Assembly: GCA_040768905.1 (NCBI GenBank)
Contig: JAXGMA010000001.1
Location: 1,299,806 to 1,363,805, forward strand
DNA: 64,000 nt
Reading direction: 5' to 3'
DNA from: Christensenellales bacterium
Lineage (GTDB): Bacteria > Bacillota > Clostridia > Christensenellales > SZUA-584
Shown piece after piece: positions 47,854-57,803 of this stretch. A model generated the notes under the pieces. The model was not told the origin of the DNA. It was given only the letters and a program-made list of their open reading frames with translations, and did no database searches. Both the position numbers and the translations under genes were made by a program. Every line of letters starts with the position of its first letter. Within the stretch, counting starts at the first letter, position 1.

Positions 47854-48762
47854 TTAAAAATGAAAATTACTGAAATTCACGCAATTGCGTCCCTTTTTTT
47901 TGGCTTTGTAAAGTGCGCTGTCCGCAGCAAAAAGCAATTCATCAACTGTAGCATTGCCCTGGCAGCTGGCGACGCCGATACTCAGCGTCACAGACAAAGC
48001 CCCCGACCGCGTTTGGATCTTTGCTTTTGCTGCCTGGCTGCGGCACATTTCAAAAAGCGGCTTTGCACATTCATATTTTGCCGATGTAATAATTAGAAAC
48101 TCCTCGCCGCCAATGCGCCCCAGATGGGCAGATTCCCCCAATTTTTCTTTGAGTATTTGTGCCAGCCCGGTCAACACTTCATCTCCTGTCTGATGTCCGA
48201 AAGTATCGTTGATCAGTTTGAAATTGTCTATATCACACATGCCCAAAGAAAGCTCGCTGTTCTGTGCATTCGCAATCACAAACTCCCTTTTAAGGATATC
48301 AAGTATCGAGCTTCGGTTATAAATGCCTGTCAGAGAATCATATGCCGCCTGATGGGCCAGCATTTCTCTGCTTTTGATCAAGGCTTCCTGCATATCGATC
48401 ATACGGCAGCCCACCTGTACGCGCGCCTGCAGCTCCGCCTGTTTGAAAGGTTTGACAAGATAATCATTGGCACCCGCATCAAGCGCAGTGACTATATCGT
48501 TTGTTTCGCCTCTTGAAGTCAGCATGATAATATACGGCGGGTGCTGTGTATTTATGTTTCGAATCCGGGCAACAAGTTCCAGCCCGTCAAGCTTCGGCAT
48601 CACCCAATCAAAAATCGCCAGTTTAGGCGCATCAGGGCTTTTCATTATATCCCAAGCCTGCTTACCGTCAACAGCTTCAGCAACCTCATGCCCTTTTTGC
48701 GTCAGCGCCGCTGTTGTAATCATGCGGCACATTTCGCTGTCATCAGCAATCAAAATCCGCAT
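47854..48762 (-). CDS. response regulator receiver domain fused to a GGDEF diguanylate cyclase
   Basis: ILIADD...D...MPKLDG receiver motifs, then a GGDEF domain with an intact GGEEF. The ATG at 48762 is 8 nt after GGAG. Confidence 0.85.
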   Translation of the reverse strand: MRILIADDSEMCRMITTAALTQKGHEVAEAVDGKQAWDIMKSPDAPKLAIFDWVMPKLDGLELVARIRNINTQHPPYIIMLTSRGETNDIVTALDAGANDYLVKPFKQAELQARVQVGCRMIDMQEALIKSREMLAHQAAYDSLTGIYNRSSILDILKREFVIANAQNSELSLGMCDIDNFKLINDTFGHQTGDEVLTGLAQILKEKLGESAHLGRIGGEEFLIITSAKYECAKPLFEMCRSQAAKAKIQTRSGALSVTLSIGVASCQGNATVDELLFAADSALYKAKKKGRNCVNFSNFHF

Positions 48763-48825
48763 CAGGTTCACTCCTTTGCATCTTTGAGCTGTCCCGTTAA
48801 AAATATTATGAATATCATAGTATTT

Positions 48826-48849
48826 ATACCTGCCCTGATACCTGCCCTC
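48826..48849. repeat. 12-bp tandem direct repeat upstream of the GGDEF regulator gene
   Basis: ATACCTGCCCTG followed by ATACCTGCCCTC (11 of 12 identical), about 64-87 nt upstream of the start codon. Confidence 0.8.
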
Positions 48850-49021
48850 GGAACAGCTATCCCGAAGACACTCTTTTCGTTAATAATGCCTGCAAATAAT
48901 CCAAAATCTCGTTTTTTGCGATACCACCGGGTTCCATTTACCGTTTATTGAGTATTTCTTTGTCAATAAAGTAACATGAAAGCATGTATACGTCAATGAA
49001 AGTCTTTTTATGTTTGGAAGG

Positions 49022-49067
49022 CAAAAACAAAAACAAAAAGCCGGTTCAGCTGTTATTGCTGAAGGCT
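49022..49067 (-). terminator. intrinsic terminator after the aldolase gene
   Basis: The minus strand has AGCCTTCAGC-AATAACA-GCTGAACCGGCT (10 bp with a 2-nt bulge), followed by TTTTTGTTTTTGTTTTT. Confidence 0.75.
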
Positions 49068-49103
49068 CTTTGTACCCGGTCATACTTTAAATTTTGTCAC
49101 GTT

Positions 49104-49742
49104 TCAGGAATTTCGCCGCGCCACTAACTCTACCGCTTCTTTGACCAGATCGCGGATAGTATCGAACTTTCCTTCTGATATGAGTTCCGGCTTGACCATC
49201 CAGCTGCCTCCGCAAGCGGCAACCTTCTTAAACGCAAGGTAGTCAAGCACGTTCTTTGCATTGATGCCGCCTGTGGGCATAAACTGCATCTGAGGGAAAG
49301 GTGCAGAAAGCGCTTTGATCATCGGCAAGCCGCCCGCCTGCTCTGCGGGAAAAAACTTGACCACATCAAGGCCGTACTCAATCAAATACTGTATTTCGGT
49401 GGGCGTGACTGCGCCCGGTGTAAGCGCAATATCTTTTTTAACGCAGTATTCGACGACTTTGCGGCTGAATCCCGGAGATATGATATACGCGGCACCGGCA
49501 TTGACAGCACGTTTCGCCTGCTCCACATCAAGTATCGTTCCCGCACCCAAAAGAATGTCCGGAAACGCTTTGGCCACACGCTTTATGGATTCTTCCGCTG
49601 CATCGGTGCGAAAAGTGATCTCCGCAACGGGCAAGCCGCCTTCCATTAAGGCTCTGCACAACGGAACCGCATCATCAGCGCGGTCGATCTTAATGACGGG
49701 GACAAGACCGTAACCGGAGATTTTTTTCAAAGTTTCGTTCAT
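49104..49742 (-). CDS. eda: 2-dehydro-3-deoxy-(phospho)gluconate / 4-hydroxy-2-oxoglutarate aldolase
   Basis: About 212 aa with VPVIKIDRADDAVPL, EITFRT, GAGTILD and FFPAEQAGG motifs of class I KDPG aldolases. Confidence 0.85.
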   Translation of the reverse strand: MNETLKKISGYGLVPVIKIDRADDAVPLCRALMEGGLPVAEITFRTDAAEESIKRVAKAFPDILLGAGTILDVEQAKRAVNAGAAYIISPGFSRKVVEYCVKKDIALTPGAVTPTEIQYLIEYGLDVVKFFPAEQAGGLPMIKALSAPFPQMQFMPTGGINAKNVLDYLAFKKVAACGGSWMVKPELISEGKFDTIRDLVKEAVELVARRNS

Positions 49743-49846
49743 TTTGTTTCTCCTTTTATCATAATTTTTAAACAACAGCTGCGCAGCATACTATGGAGGA
49801 TCATGAAGGCATGCTGCGCAGCCAGAAAGCTATTAACGTGTATCGT

Positions 49847-50800
49847 TCAAACAATTGTGCAGCTGCATGTCCTGCCCTCGAGCACATCGATCAAGTTTCC
49901 AACAGCCATCAGGCCCATCGCCGCGATCGCTTCATTGGTATGCGCACCCGTATGAGGCGTCATGACCACATTGTCAAGCCCCAGCAGCGGCGAATCAGTG
50001 ACCGGTTCTTCTTCGTAAGCATCAAGCCCGATACCTCCGAGGTGGCCGCTTTCTATCGCTTGGGCAGCTGCCGCCTCATCGATGAGTCCTCCCCTTGCCG
50101 TGTTGATCAGAAATGCACCCTTTTTCATGCTGGCAATCGCTTTTTTGTCGATAATGTGCTTTGTTGCACTGCTCAGCGGCAAATGGAGCGAGACAAAATC
50201 CGCCTGAGCCAAAACATCATCAAGGTTTTTTTGTTCAACGCCGTGCTGCCCTGCATAAGCTTTGTCAAAATACGGATCATATGCGATAACGCACATTTCA
50301 AAAGCTTTGGCTCTAACTGCGAGATTTTTGCCGATCGCACCGAAACCGATGATCCCCAGCGTTTTGCCTTTCAGTTCAGTTCCGTTGTTGCGCGGCCATT
50401 CGCCTCTTTTTACGGCTTCGTTCAAACGCGGGAGCGCCCGTGCAAGCGCAAGCATATGCGCGAACGCCAGCTCGCAGACCGCCGTCGCATTTGTTCCCGG
50501 CGTGTTGGTCACACAGATGCCTTTCTTCTTCGCAGCTTCTAAGTCCACCCTGTCGACGCCAGCACCATAGCGTGAAATCACTTTTAAGCTCTCAGGCGCT
50601 TTTGCTATCACTTCCGCTGTGATATAGTCAAGCCCGGCAATAAAGCCGTCAACGCCTTTGAGCAGCGGAACGATCTCGTCGGGTTCAAGCGGCCGCACAT
50701 GCGGGTTGTACACGACCTGATCGGCAAAGGCTTCGATCATCGCTTTGGCCTGCGCATTCTGCGGCTTTGTAAATGAAGTGGGCGTAATCAATATCTTCAT
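49847..50800 (-). CDS. D-isomer-specific 2-hydroxyacid dehydrogenase
   Basis: 317 aa with a GIIGFGAIG NAD motif and the catalytic R/E/H pattern (NTARGGLIDE ... TPHTGA). Confidence 0.85.
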   Translation of the reverse strand: MKILITPTSFTKPQNAQAKAMIEAFADQVVYNPHVRPLEPDEIVPLLKGVDGFIAGLDYITAEVIAKAPESLKVISRYGAGVDRVDLEAAKKKGICVTNTPGTNATAVCELAFAHMLALARALPRLNEAVKRGEWPRNNGTELKGKTLGIIGFGAIGKNLAVRAKAFEMCVIAYDPYFDKAYAGQHGVEQKNLDDVLAQADFVSLHLPLSSATKHIIDKKAIASMKKGAFLINTARGGLIDEAAAAQAIESGHLGGIGLDAYEEEPVTDSPLLGLDNVVMTPHTGAHTNEAIAAMGLMAVGNLIDVLEGRTCSCTIV

Positions 50801-50804
50801 TGTC

Positions 50805-51404
50805 TTACTTCCATTTCGGATTGTCTATGATCTCTGTTTTGCCGTCTTTTTCGACCAGCAGCTTGCGGTATCCTTTTGACTCAATAGTGCCGTAATCATG
50901 GCCGGCATCACCACGGAAGCAGAAGAAAGTGACCATCGGCACTGATCCGGTATTGATGCTTCTGTGCGCGTATCTCGGCGGCACATATACCATCACGCCG
51001 GGCGAAAGCTTCTGCGCGCTCCAGTCACCTTCCGGGCTTTCCATCAGCATATACCCATCACCGCTGAGGCAATAATACACTTCCGCCGTTTCAAGTATTG
51101 AATGAAAATGGCCTTTGGTCATAAAGTACTCGTTCCCCACTTTGCCCGGATAGGTGATGCTTGCGCCGAAAGCCAGATGCGCATCCGTTTCAGGAGAGCC
51201 CATTTCGTAAAATTCATAAACGAGCGGGTCGCCTTCCGCGATGAGTTTTTCTGTTGCGGCTTCGTCCGCATACATGCCGCGCATGTTCGACACACGGCGT
51301 TTGCTCGACTCTGCCCCGCTTTTTGACAATCCCGTCTTTAAATCAAAATCAACGGTGAAACCTTGTATCCAGTTGAACTTTTCAGCGTTGCTGTTGCTGC
51401 TCAT
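50805..51404 (-). CDS. cupin-type (archaeal-type) glucose-6-phosphate isomerase family protein
   Basis: 199 aa. YPGKVGNEYFMTKGHFH, YVPPRYAHRSINTG and AGHDYGTIESKGY align closely with my recollection of Pyrococcus-type cPGI. Confidence 0.8.
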   Translation of the reverse strand: MSSNSNAEKFNWIQGFTVDFDLKTGLSKSGAESSKRRVSNMRGMYADEAATEKLIAEGDPLVYEFYEMGSPETDAHLAFGASITYPGKVGNEYFMTKGHFHSILETAEVYYCLSGDGYMLMESPEGDWSAQKLSPGVMVYVPPRYAHRSINTGSVPMVTFFCFRGDAGHDYGTIESKGYRKLLVEKDGKTEIIDNPKWK

Positions 51405-51429
51405 TATCCTTCATCTCCTTCGTTTTTTT

Positions 51430-51684
51430 TCAACCACCGCTCAATACCGGCATGATCCATAGCGCATCCCCTTCATGAAGAGGAGTCTGCGCGGCTTTGC
51501 CGATATCAAGCGCTTTGCCGTTGAGAATGAGCATGATGCCTTTTTCAGGCAAGCTCTTGCCGGCGATCTGCTCGGCGCTTCTTAACAGCTCTTCAGCGGT
51601 CGCGCCTTCCCTTAAATCGACATCGAGCAGGCGCGACTTGTCATTCATCCCTGACACAGGGAAAAGCTTAAGCTTGACGGTCAT
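51430..51684 (-). CDS. MoaD/ThiS-family beta-grasp protein with C-terminal Gly-Gly
   Basis: 84 aa ending ...MPVLSGG. ATGA overlap with the stop of AOR copy 2. Confidence 0.7.
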   Translation of the reverse strand: MTVKLKLFPVSGMNDKSRLLDVDLREGATAEELLRSAEQIAGKSLPEKGIMLILNGKALDIGKAAQTPLHEGDALWIMPVLSGG

Positions 51685-53510
51685 GATACCAGCGTGCTGA
51701 GTTTCTGCTTTTCAAACGCAGTTTGCGTCGGGTTCCCGTTTTCGTCCCAAAGCCTGAGCTTGTAATACTCATCAAGCATGATGTCATACATCTCTTTCGT
51801 CAGCACCTTGCCTTTGGCCATACCGGAAGGAAGTTTTTCCGTCATTGTGCGCTCTGCAAGATAGTCATCTTTCCGCGACACGCCTTCACGCTGCAGGATG
51901 GCCCTTTCAAGCGTATATATCCTCTCCCCGATGTCCATGAACTCAGGTGAAAAATCATAGCCCGTGACGTACTCAAGCACCTTGTCTTTGGGCTGATCAG
52001 AAAAGCCCATCGCGCTGCGGACCACTGTACAAATCCCCAGCGAGTCCACATAAGCTCTCGTGTCCTGAATGTCTTTGACCATCTTGCCTTTGCCTTCCAA
52101 TGCAAAACGATCAAACTTGCCGCTGGTCAGCTCATCGCGGATCGTCCATCCGCCAACGTTGTGGCACGCGCCCCTTGAGGATGTTCCATAAGAAAGCCCC
52201 ATGCCGTAAAAACCTCTCGGCTCATATGCGGCATACGCCATGCCTTTCACATGCATCATGTATTTGGCAAGTTCCGGACGCTCTCTTTGTATTTCGTAGA
52301 AGGATTTTGCAAGCATGTCACCGAGGCCCTGCCGGTTTGCGATCATCTTCACCAGCGCGACCATCGCTTCGCCGTTTCCAAAATTCAGCTCAAGCCCGCC
52401 TGTGTCCTCTTTTGTCAGTATGCCTCTCTCATAGAGTTCCATCGCGAATGCTATCATCGTGCCTGTCTGCATGGTATCTATGCCAAGTTCATCGCATGCT
52501 TCATTGGCTGCAATGATGGCCGCCATATCAAGCACGGCGCACTGGCCTCCAAACGCACCGATTGTCTCGTACTCGGGGTCGCTCTTGGCACCCTTGAACG
52601 GGCCATCCTTCACCTCGCAGAACTGCGCACAGGCCACCGGGCACCGGAAGCAGGCCACGTTTTTCACCTTGTATTTGTTCACGAGCTCTTCGGCATAGAT
52701 GCTTTCCGCATTCTCCAAAACAGCTGTCTGGAAATTCTTGACTGAGTAGCACCCTAAGTCATTCAACACTTCGGTGTATTGTGCTGTGCCGTATTTCGTA
52801 TGGTTCGCTTTTCCGTCCCGGCATGCTTTCATGTTTGCCGAAATATATTGCTTCAATGCCTGCTCATCATGCATCTTGAGCTGTCCAGTTCCGCGTGCCG
52901 CTATGCATTTGACGTTTTTCGATCCCATCACGGCGCCGGCGCCGCCTCTTCCGAAGCTGCGTGTATCGACCTGGATACATGCGTATGAAACCAGTTTTTC
53001 GCCGCCGATGCCGATTGACATCACGCCGTACTGTTTGTCGTCTAGTGTTGTCTTGATGTATTCATCCACCTCTAATGTCGTTTTTCCCATGATGCCGGAT
53101 GCGTCATGAAACTCGACACTGTCATCCTTGATGGTGATATAGGTCGGATTCTTTGCCTTGCCCTCAAGTATGATGCCGTCATAGCCGGCTCTCCTCAGCT
53201 GCGGCCCAAAATACCCGCTCGAATTGCTGCAGATATATTTCTCTGTGAGCGGCGATTTTGTGGCAAGCTGAAATTTTGTGCCTGAGTATACAGGCATTCC
53301 TGTGAGCGGCCCGTTCATGAAAATGATCTTGTTCTCTTCTGAAAGCGGCGCAACATCCGGGCCGATCTCGTCGTAGTAATACTTGGCGGCAACGCCCCTG
53401 CCCCCAAGAAGCAGTTTGTAGTATTCCTCCGGTATGCTCTCCACCTTATACGACAGATCATTTAAGTTGATTCTTATGAGCTGCTGCGTATAGCCTCCTG
53501 TAAACATCAT
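51681..53510 (-). CDS. aor: aldehyde:ferredoxin oxidoreductase (tungstopterin AOR family), copy 2
   Basis: 609 aa with the AOR_N domain and the CFRCPVAC cysteine motif. A diverged paralogue of copy 1. AGGAGG RBS. Confidence 0.9.
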   Translation of the reverse strand: MMFTGGYTQQLIRINLNDLSYKVESIPEEYYKLLLGGRGVAAKYYYDEIGPDVAPLSEENKIIFMNGPLTGMPVYSGTKFQLATKSPLTEKYICSNSSGYFGPQLRRAGYDGIILEGKAKNPTYITIKDDSVEFHDASGIMGKTTLEVDEYIKTTLDDKQYGVMSIGIGGEKLVSYACIQVDTRSFGRGGAGAVMGSKNVKCIAARGTGQLKMHDEQALKQYISANMKACRDGKANHTKYGTAQYTEVLNDLGCYSVKNFQTAVLENAESIYAEELVNKYKVKNVACFRCPVACAQFCEVKDGPFKGAKSDPEYETIGAFGGQCAVLDMAAIIAANEACDELGIDTMQTGTMIAFAMELYERGILTKEDTGGLELNFGNGEAMVALVKMIANRQGLGDMLAKSFYEIQRERPELAKYMMHVKGMAYAAYEPRGFYGMGLSYGTSSRGACHNVGGWTIRDELTSGKFDRFALEGKGKMVKDIQDTRAYVDSLGICTVVRSAMGFSDQPKDKVLEYVTGYDFSPEFMDIGERIYTLERAILQREGVSRKDDYLAERTMTEKLPSGMAKGKVLTKEMYDIMLDEYYKLRLWDENGNPTQTAFEKQKLSTLVS

Positions 53511-53555
53511 GTATCCTCCTAAAAATATGTTTTCGGGTCCAAGACCCGCGATTTT

Positions 53556-54596
53556 TTACTGAAACACCACCACGTGCTTGATGCCTTTGGCCTGCTTTGC
53601 GCTCTCGAATCCGGAAAGGATATCTTCAAGCGCATAATGGTGCGTGATAATACTTTTGACATCCACAAGCCCTTCGGATACAAATTCCAGCGTTTTGCGG
53701 AATTGAGCGATGCTCGAACGCGTTGATCCCGTCAGATATAGCTCTTTGTAATGCACGATGTTGGTATCTATCGGCACAGGCTGTTTATCAGCGGGTATGC
53801 CGCCGAAGAAGTTGACCCGTCCGCCATAATTCATAAGCGGCAGCATGGCTGTCTGGACCTGCGGCACCGGGCATGCCGTAATAGCCACGTCAAGCCCGCG
53901 CTGCCTTGTGTTCTGCTTGACAAAGCCTGCAAGATCATCTCCATGGTATGTGGTGACAAATGGAAATCTTTTTTTGCACTCTGCAAGGCGTTCCTGCGAA
54001 ATGTCATTCAAAAACACGACTGCACCTGCCATGTGCAGCAGCTGTATGTGCATCAGGCCGATCGGCCCCGCGCCTACAACCAAAGCATAGTCACCCGGCT
54101 CGACGCAGCATTTGGTAAAGCCGTTGTAAGCGCATGAAAGCGGTTCGGTCACAGCGGCTTCCTCGGCGGAAACGCCTGGGGGCAGCTGCATCAGATTGCC
54201 TCTTGCAATGGCATCGGCGGGGATACGGATATATTCTGCAAAAGCACCGTCCATGTTGATTCCAAAAGCACGGTAATCGTCGCACAGATGAAACCTCCCG
54301 CTTACACAGCGGTCGCACAGGCCGCAGCCGACGTTGGGCTGAACCGCCACCTTCATACCTTTTTTGTACAGCGGTACGCCGACGCCGACCTCGGCGATGG
54401 TTCCCGAAAATTCGTGGCCGAGAGTCAGCGGGTTTTTTTCATCCACACCTTTGTATCCGTTCTGCCACATGCGTATATCCGTGCCGCAAATGGATGCAGC
54501 GTCTGTTTTGAGAAGGATCTCGTTGTCATTGATGACGGGCACTTGAGTATCCACAAGACGGATGTCTCCCGGGCCAAACAGTTTTAAACTTTTCAT
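53556..54596 (-). CDS. zinc-dependent alcohol/polyol dehydrogenase (MDR family)
   Basis: 346 aa with ICGTDI, GHEFSG, CGLCDRCVSGRFHLC and GAGPIG. Confidence 0.85.
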   Translation of the reverse strand: MKSLKLFGPGDIRLVDTQVPVINDNEILLKTDAASICGTDIRMWQNGYKGVDEKNPLTLGHEFSGTIAEVGVGVPLYKKGMKVAVQPNVGCGLCDRCVSGRFHLCDDYRAFGINMDGAFAEYIRIPADAIARGNLMQLPPGVSAEEAAVTEPLSCAYNGFTKCCVEPGDYALVVGAGPIGLMHIQLLHMAGAVVFLNDISQERLAECKKRFPFVTTYHGDDLAGFVKQNTRQRGLDVAITACPVPQVQTAMLPLMNYGGRVNFFGGIPADKQPVPIDTNIVHYKELYLTGSTRSSIAQFRKTLEFVSEGLVDVKSIITHHYALEDILSGFESAKQAKGIKHVVVFQ

Positions 54597-54611
54597 GGCA
54601 TGATTCTCCTT

Positions 54612-55631
54612 TTATAGATGGACAATGCTCTTCTTCTCGATCGATCTGTTGCCTGCCTCCACAATGCGTACCGCCATCATGCCGTCCGTCCCCGTCACGG
54701 GCGGCATTTTGTCGTTTTGGATGCAGTCGATAAATGCGATATCTTCGGCACGGTAGGCATCAAGAAACAATGTCATCCAGCTGTTGATAAAAGGCGTGCA
54801 CGTTCCGTTTTCCACCGTTGTGCATGTGACAAAACTGCCTTCTTTGCGTCCGACATGCAAAATGCCCTTTGTGCCGATAAGCTCGACCTGTGCATCATAG
54901 CCGTATTGTACATAAGCGGCTCCGTCGAATATAAACTGCACCCCGTTTTCAAATACCCCGTTGACGATCACGCTGTCATAATAATCGGGGTATTGCTGTG
55001 CCACTTCCTTGTTGCGGTAATTGCCGCCAATGGCATAAAGTTCTTTAACTTCGCTTCCTGCAAACCAGCGAATGCTGTCTATATCATGGCTGTTGACCTC
55101 TGCGAGTATCCCGTTTGATTTTTTAAGGTCGTACATCCATGGCTGCGGCTTGCTTGGTGCACGCGTGCATGAGCGTACCATCACCAGATCTCCGATGGCG
55201 CCGCTGTCCAGCATCTTTTTTGCCTGCTGGAAACTTGTATCGTGCCTGCGCATAAAGCCAATCTGAAGCTTGACTTTGTTTTTTTCACATGCTTCGATCA
55301 TTTCCTGGCATTCCTGCGAATCCATCGCCATAGGTTTTTCACAAAACACATGCTTTTTTGCGTTTGCGGCGTTGATCACGATCTCTTTGTGCAGGTTGGT
55401 GGGCGCGACCACCACCACCGCATCGACTTGTGGGTTTATAAGCGCTTCGCGGTAATCCGTATACCATGCATCGATCCCCAGTTCCTCTGCCGCCGCTTTG
55501 GCAGCCCCTTCCATCACATCCACAGCAGCGGCCATCCTAGCACCAGGAACCTGCGTGTTGAAATTCCTCGCATGGATCATTCCGGCCCTTCCGCAGCCTA
55601 TCAGGCAAACGCCTGTTTTGTCGTTTTTCAT
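54612..55631 (-). CDS. Gfo/Idh/MocA-family oxidoreductase
   Basis: 339 aa with CLIGCGRAG and EKP motifs. Confidence 0.85.
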   Translation of the reverse strand: MKNDKTGVCLIGCGRAGMIHARNFNTQVPGARMAAAVDVMEGAAKAAAEELGIDAWYTDYREALINPQVDAVVVVAPTNLHKEIVINAANAKKHVFCEKPMAMDSQECQEMIEACEKNKVKLQIGFMRRHDTSFQQAKKMLDSGAIGDLVMVRSCTRAPSKPQPWMYDLKKSNGILAEVNSHDIDSIRWFAGSEVKELYAIGGNYRNKEVAQQYPDYYDSVIVNGVFENGVQFIFDGAAYVQYGYDAQVELIGTKGILHVGRKEGSFVTCTTVENGTCTPFINSWMTLFLDAYRAEDIAFIDCIQNDKMPPVTGTDGMMAVRIVEAGNRSIEKKSIVHL

Positions 55632-55678
55632 CTCTTTAACCTTTCATTCAAAACTCAATATCATAATATTTCATGACG

Positions 55679-57004
55679 TTAATCAATGTCTTCGATCCCA
55701 AGCCCCAGCAGCCTGCAAACGGTATTGAGCTCATCTTTTTTATTGCCTTTGATGATGCTCAGATGGTGTGAATACAGTTTGTCAACCAGCTTATGCCCGT
55801 CCTTGACGCGTATCAGGCCGCCGTTTCTGCAATCGCTGCCCGGATACTGCACATACTTTTCAAGCTCTGCACCGCATACGAAGAACCTGTCAAGGCTGCT
55901 GTGGATCTTTGCGAGCGTGAAGCTGCCCGTACCCATCTCAGCATCAAACATATGGGCATTCTCATCAACGATGCCGAGTACCTTATCTTTCATTTCCCAT
56001 TTCGTGGCCATCGGCTCGGGCACCAGCCCGAAATAGCCGCAGTGCACCAGCAGCGCATGGTCGTCAGGATCCGGCACGTTGGGGAATTCTTTGATCTTCT
56101 CATGCGCCAGGGCCGCCATGCCCACAAGGAACGGGTAGATATTCGTCATGATCACCGGCGCTTTGATTGTTTTTTCAAGGATGTATTGCGTCAGCATGGA
56201 CACCGTATCGCCTTCGCATGCCCAAACGATGCCCTGTTTCTTGTAGAAAAGGTTGATGGCCAGGCAAGGCGTCGTATCGGTCAAAAATGATTCGTTCAGG
56301 CAGTTCGTCCCCACGCCCGTCACGTTGCCCGTCTTTTCAACCTCTTCCTTCATCGCAAGATACAGCTTATAGGCCGAGAGTACTTTCTTTTCAGTACTCA
56401 GTGAGCATTTTTGCACCGGGCTTCTTTTGACCTCTTCCCGCGCGATCTCGTCCGGTATCGCTTTGGCTTTGTCTCCGAGCTCTTTATAGCTTTTTATGAC
56501 GATGTCGATCCCGAATTTTTCTTTGATCAACTGCGTGCATTCTTTCTCCCACCAGTAAAAACGCTTGAAAATGTCGGCCTGCATGCCGTCTCCCGGCGTA
56601 TCCTGGAACACGAGGAATTTTGCCGTCTTCATCTCCTGTTTGAGCGCTATACTGCGGAAAACGACTCGCGCAAGATCCGGATTGTAGGGCGCAAATACGT
56701 TAAGCCCAAGCTCTTTGAAGACGGTGAGTATCTCCCAGTCCCACATGGCCATTGTGCCGTACGACGACGTGATGATGACCATGGGCAGTTTAATCGTTTG
56801 AAGGAACTCAAGCTTTTTGTAAGCTTCGCCCACCAGCACCGGAAACACGACTGCCTGTGCCTCTGAAGGTATGGCATCCCCCACTGCCACCGAAGGCAAA
56901 AACTCCACCTCATCCGCGAACATCTTTGTGATGATCTCAAGCTGCTGCTCATACTCGTTTTCTATCACGCTGCTAAATTTCAATGGCACCGCTTTAATCT
57001 TCAT
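55679..57004 (-). CDS. putative sugar isomerase, L-fucose/L-arabinose-isomerase-like (uncertain)
   Basis: 441 aa. The WACEGD motif and domain lengths recall COG2407-type isomerases. No firm family assignment is possible by eye. Confidence 0.4.
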   Translation of the reverse strand: MKIKAVPLKFSSVIENEYEQQLEIITKMFADEVEFLPSVAVGDAIPSEAQAVVFPVLVGEAYKKLEFLQTIKLPMVIITSSYGTMAMWDWEILTVFKELGLNVFAPYNPDLARVVFRSIALKQEMKTAKFLVFQDTPGDGMQADIFKRFYWWEKECTQLIKEKFGIDIVIKSYKELGDKAKAIPDEIAREEVKRSPVQKCSLSTEKKVLSAYKLYLAMKEEVEKTGNVTGVGTNCLNESFLTDTTPCLAINLFYKKQGIVWACEGDTVSMLTQYILEKTIKAPVIMTNIYPFLVGMAALAHEKIKEFPNVPDPDDHALLVHCGYFGLVPEPMATKWEMKDKVLGIVDENAHMFDAEMGTGSFTLAKIHSSLDRFFVCGAELEKYVQYPGSDCRNGGLIRVKDGHKLVDKLYSHHLSIIKGNKKDELNTVCRLLGLGIEDID

Positions 57005-57062
57005 GGCTTCTTCCTCCGCTTTTTTTATTTTGACCTACAGCCTGGTTAAACATAAGTGTTGC

Positions 57063-57803
57063 TTACCTAATGAGTTTAAAACAAAATTTATTTGTGTCTC
57101 CTCTGTACTTTGCCAGCGAAAACTCTATCGGCGTATTGTCTTCTAAGTAAGCGATACTTTCAAAGTACTGCAGAGGCGCTCCTTTATTAATGTCCAAAAG
57201 CGAAGCCTCATAATCTCCTGCGAGTATGGCCTCCATACTTCTTGATACCCAGGCGACATTGTAACCATATTTGGATTCGAGCATTGCGTAAAGCGAATTA
57301 TTGATGAAATCCTCGGGAACAAAATCCGAGCATTTATGATACGGCAAATAGGTAATGTTGATAACGACGGGGACCGCGTCGGCATAACGAAGTCTCCAAA
57401 GTTCCCAGACGGGTTCTCCCTTTTTCAGACCAAGCGCAGCAGCAATTTTTTCATCTGCGATCGTTTTGCTGAATTCTATCACTCTCGTTTCGGGAATCAT
57501 CCCTTTGTTGCGTATTTCACTCTCAAAGCTTTCTATACGCATGGTAAAATCCTGATTGATCTTTGGCTTTGATACAAAAGTGCCTTTCCCTTTGAGTCTG
57601 TATAGCTTGCCTTCTACAACCAGTTCGTTGATCGCCTGGCGCACGGTAGGCCTGCTGATGCTAAAATGCGCGCTTAAATACTCTTCAGTGGGAATCGGCT
57701 CAGTCAAATCCTTCACTTTTTTGATATATTCTTCAAGTATCAGTTTTAATTGATAATAATAGGGGACCGAGTTGTTTTTATCGATTTTTTCATTAACCAG
57801 CAT
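57063..57803 (-). CDS. GntR-family transcriptional regulator, HutC subfamily (UTRA effector domain)
   Basis: 246 aa with an N-terminal wHTH (PTEEYLSAHFSISRPTVRQAINELV) and a UTRA-type C-terminal domain. Confidence 0.85.
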   Translation of the reverse strand: MLVNEKIDKNNSVPYYYQLKLILEEYIKKVKDLTEPIPTEEYLSAHFSISRPTVRQAINELVVEGKLYRLKGKGTFVSKPKINQDFTMRIESFESEIRNKGMIPETRVIEFSKTIADEKIAAALGLKKGEPVWELWRLRYADAVPVVINITYLPYHKCSDFVPEDFINNSLYAMLESKYGYNVAWVSRSMEAILAGDYEASLLDINKGAPLQYFESIAYLEDNTPIEFSLAKYRGDTNKFCFKLIR

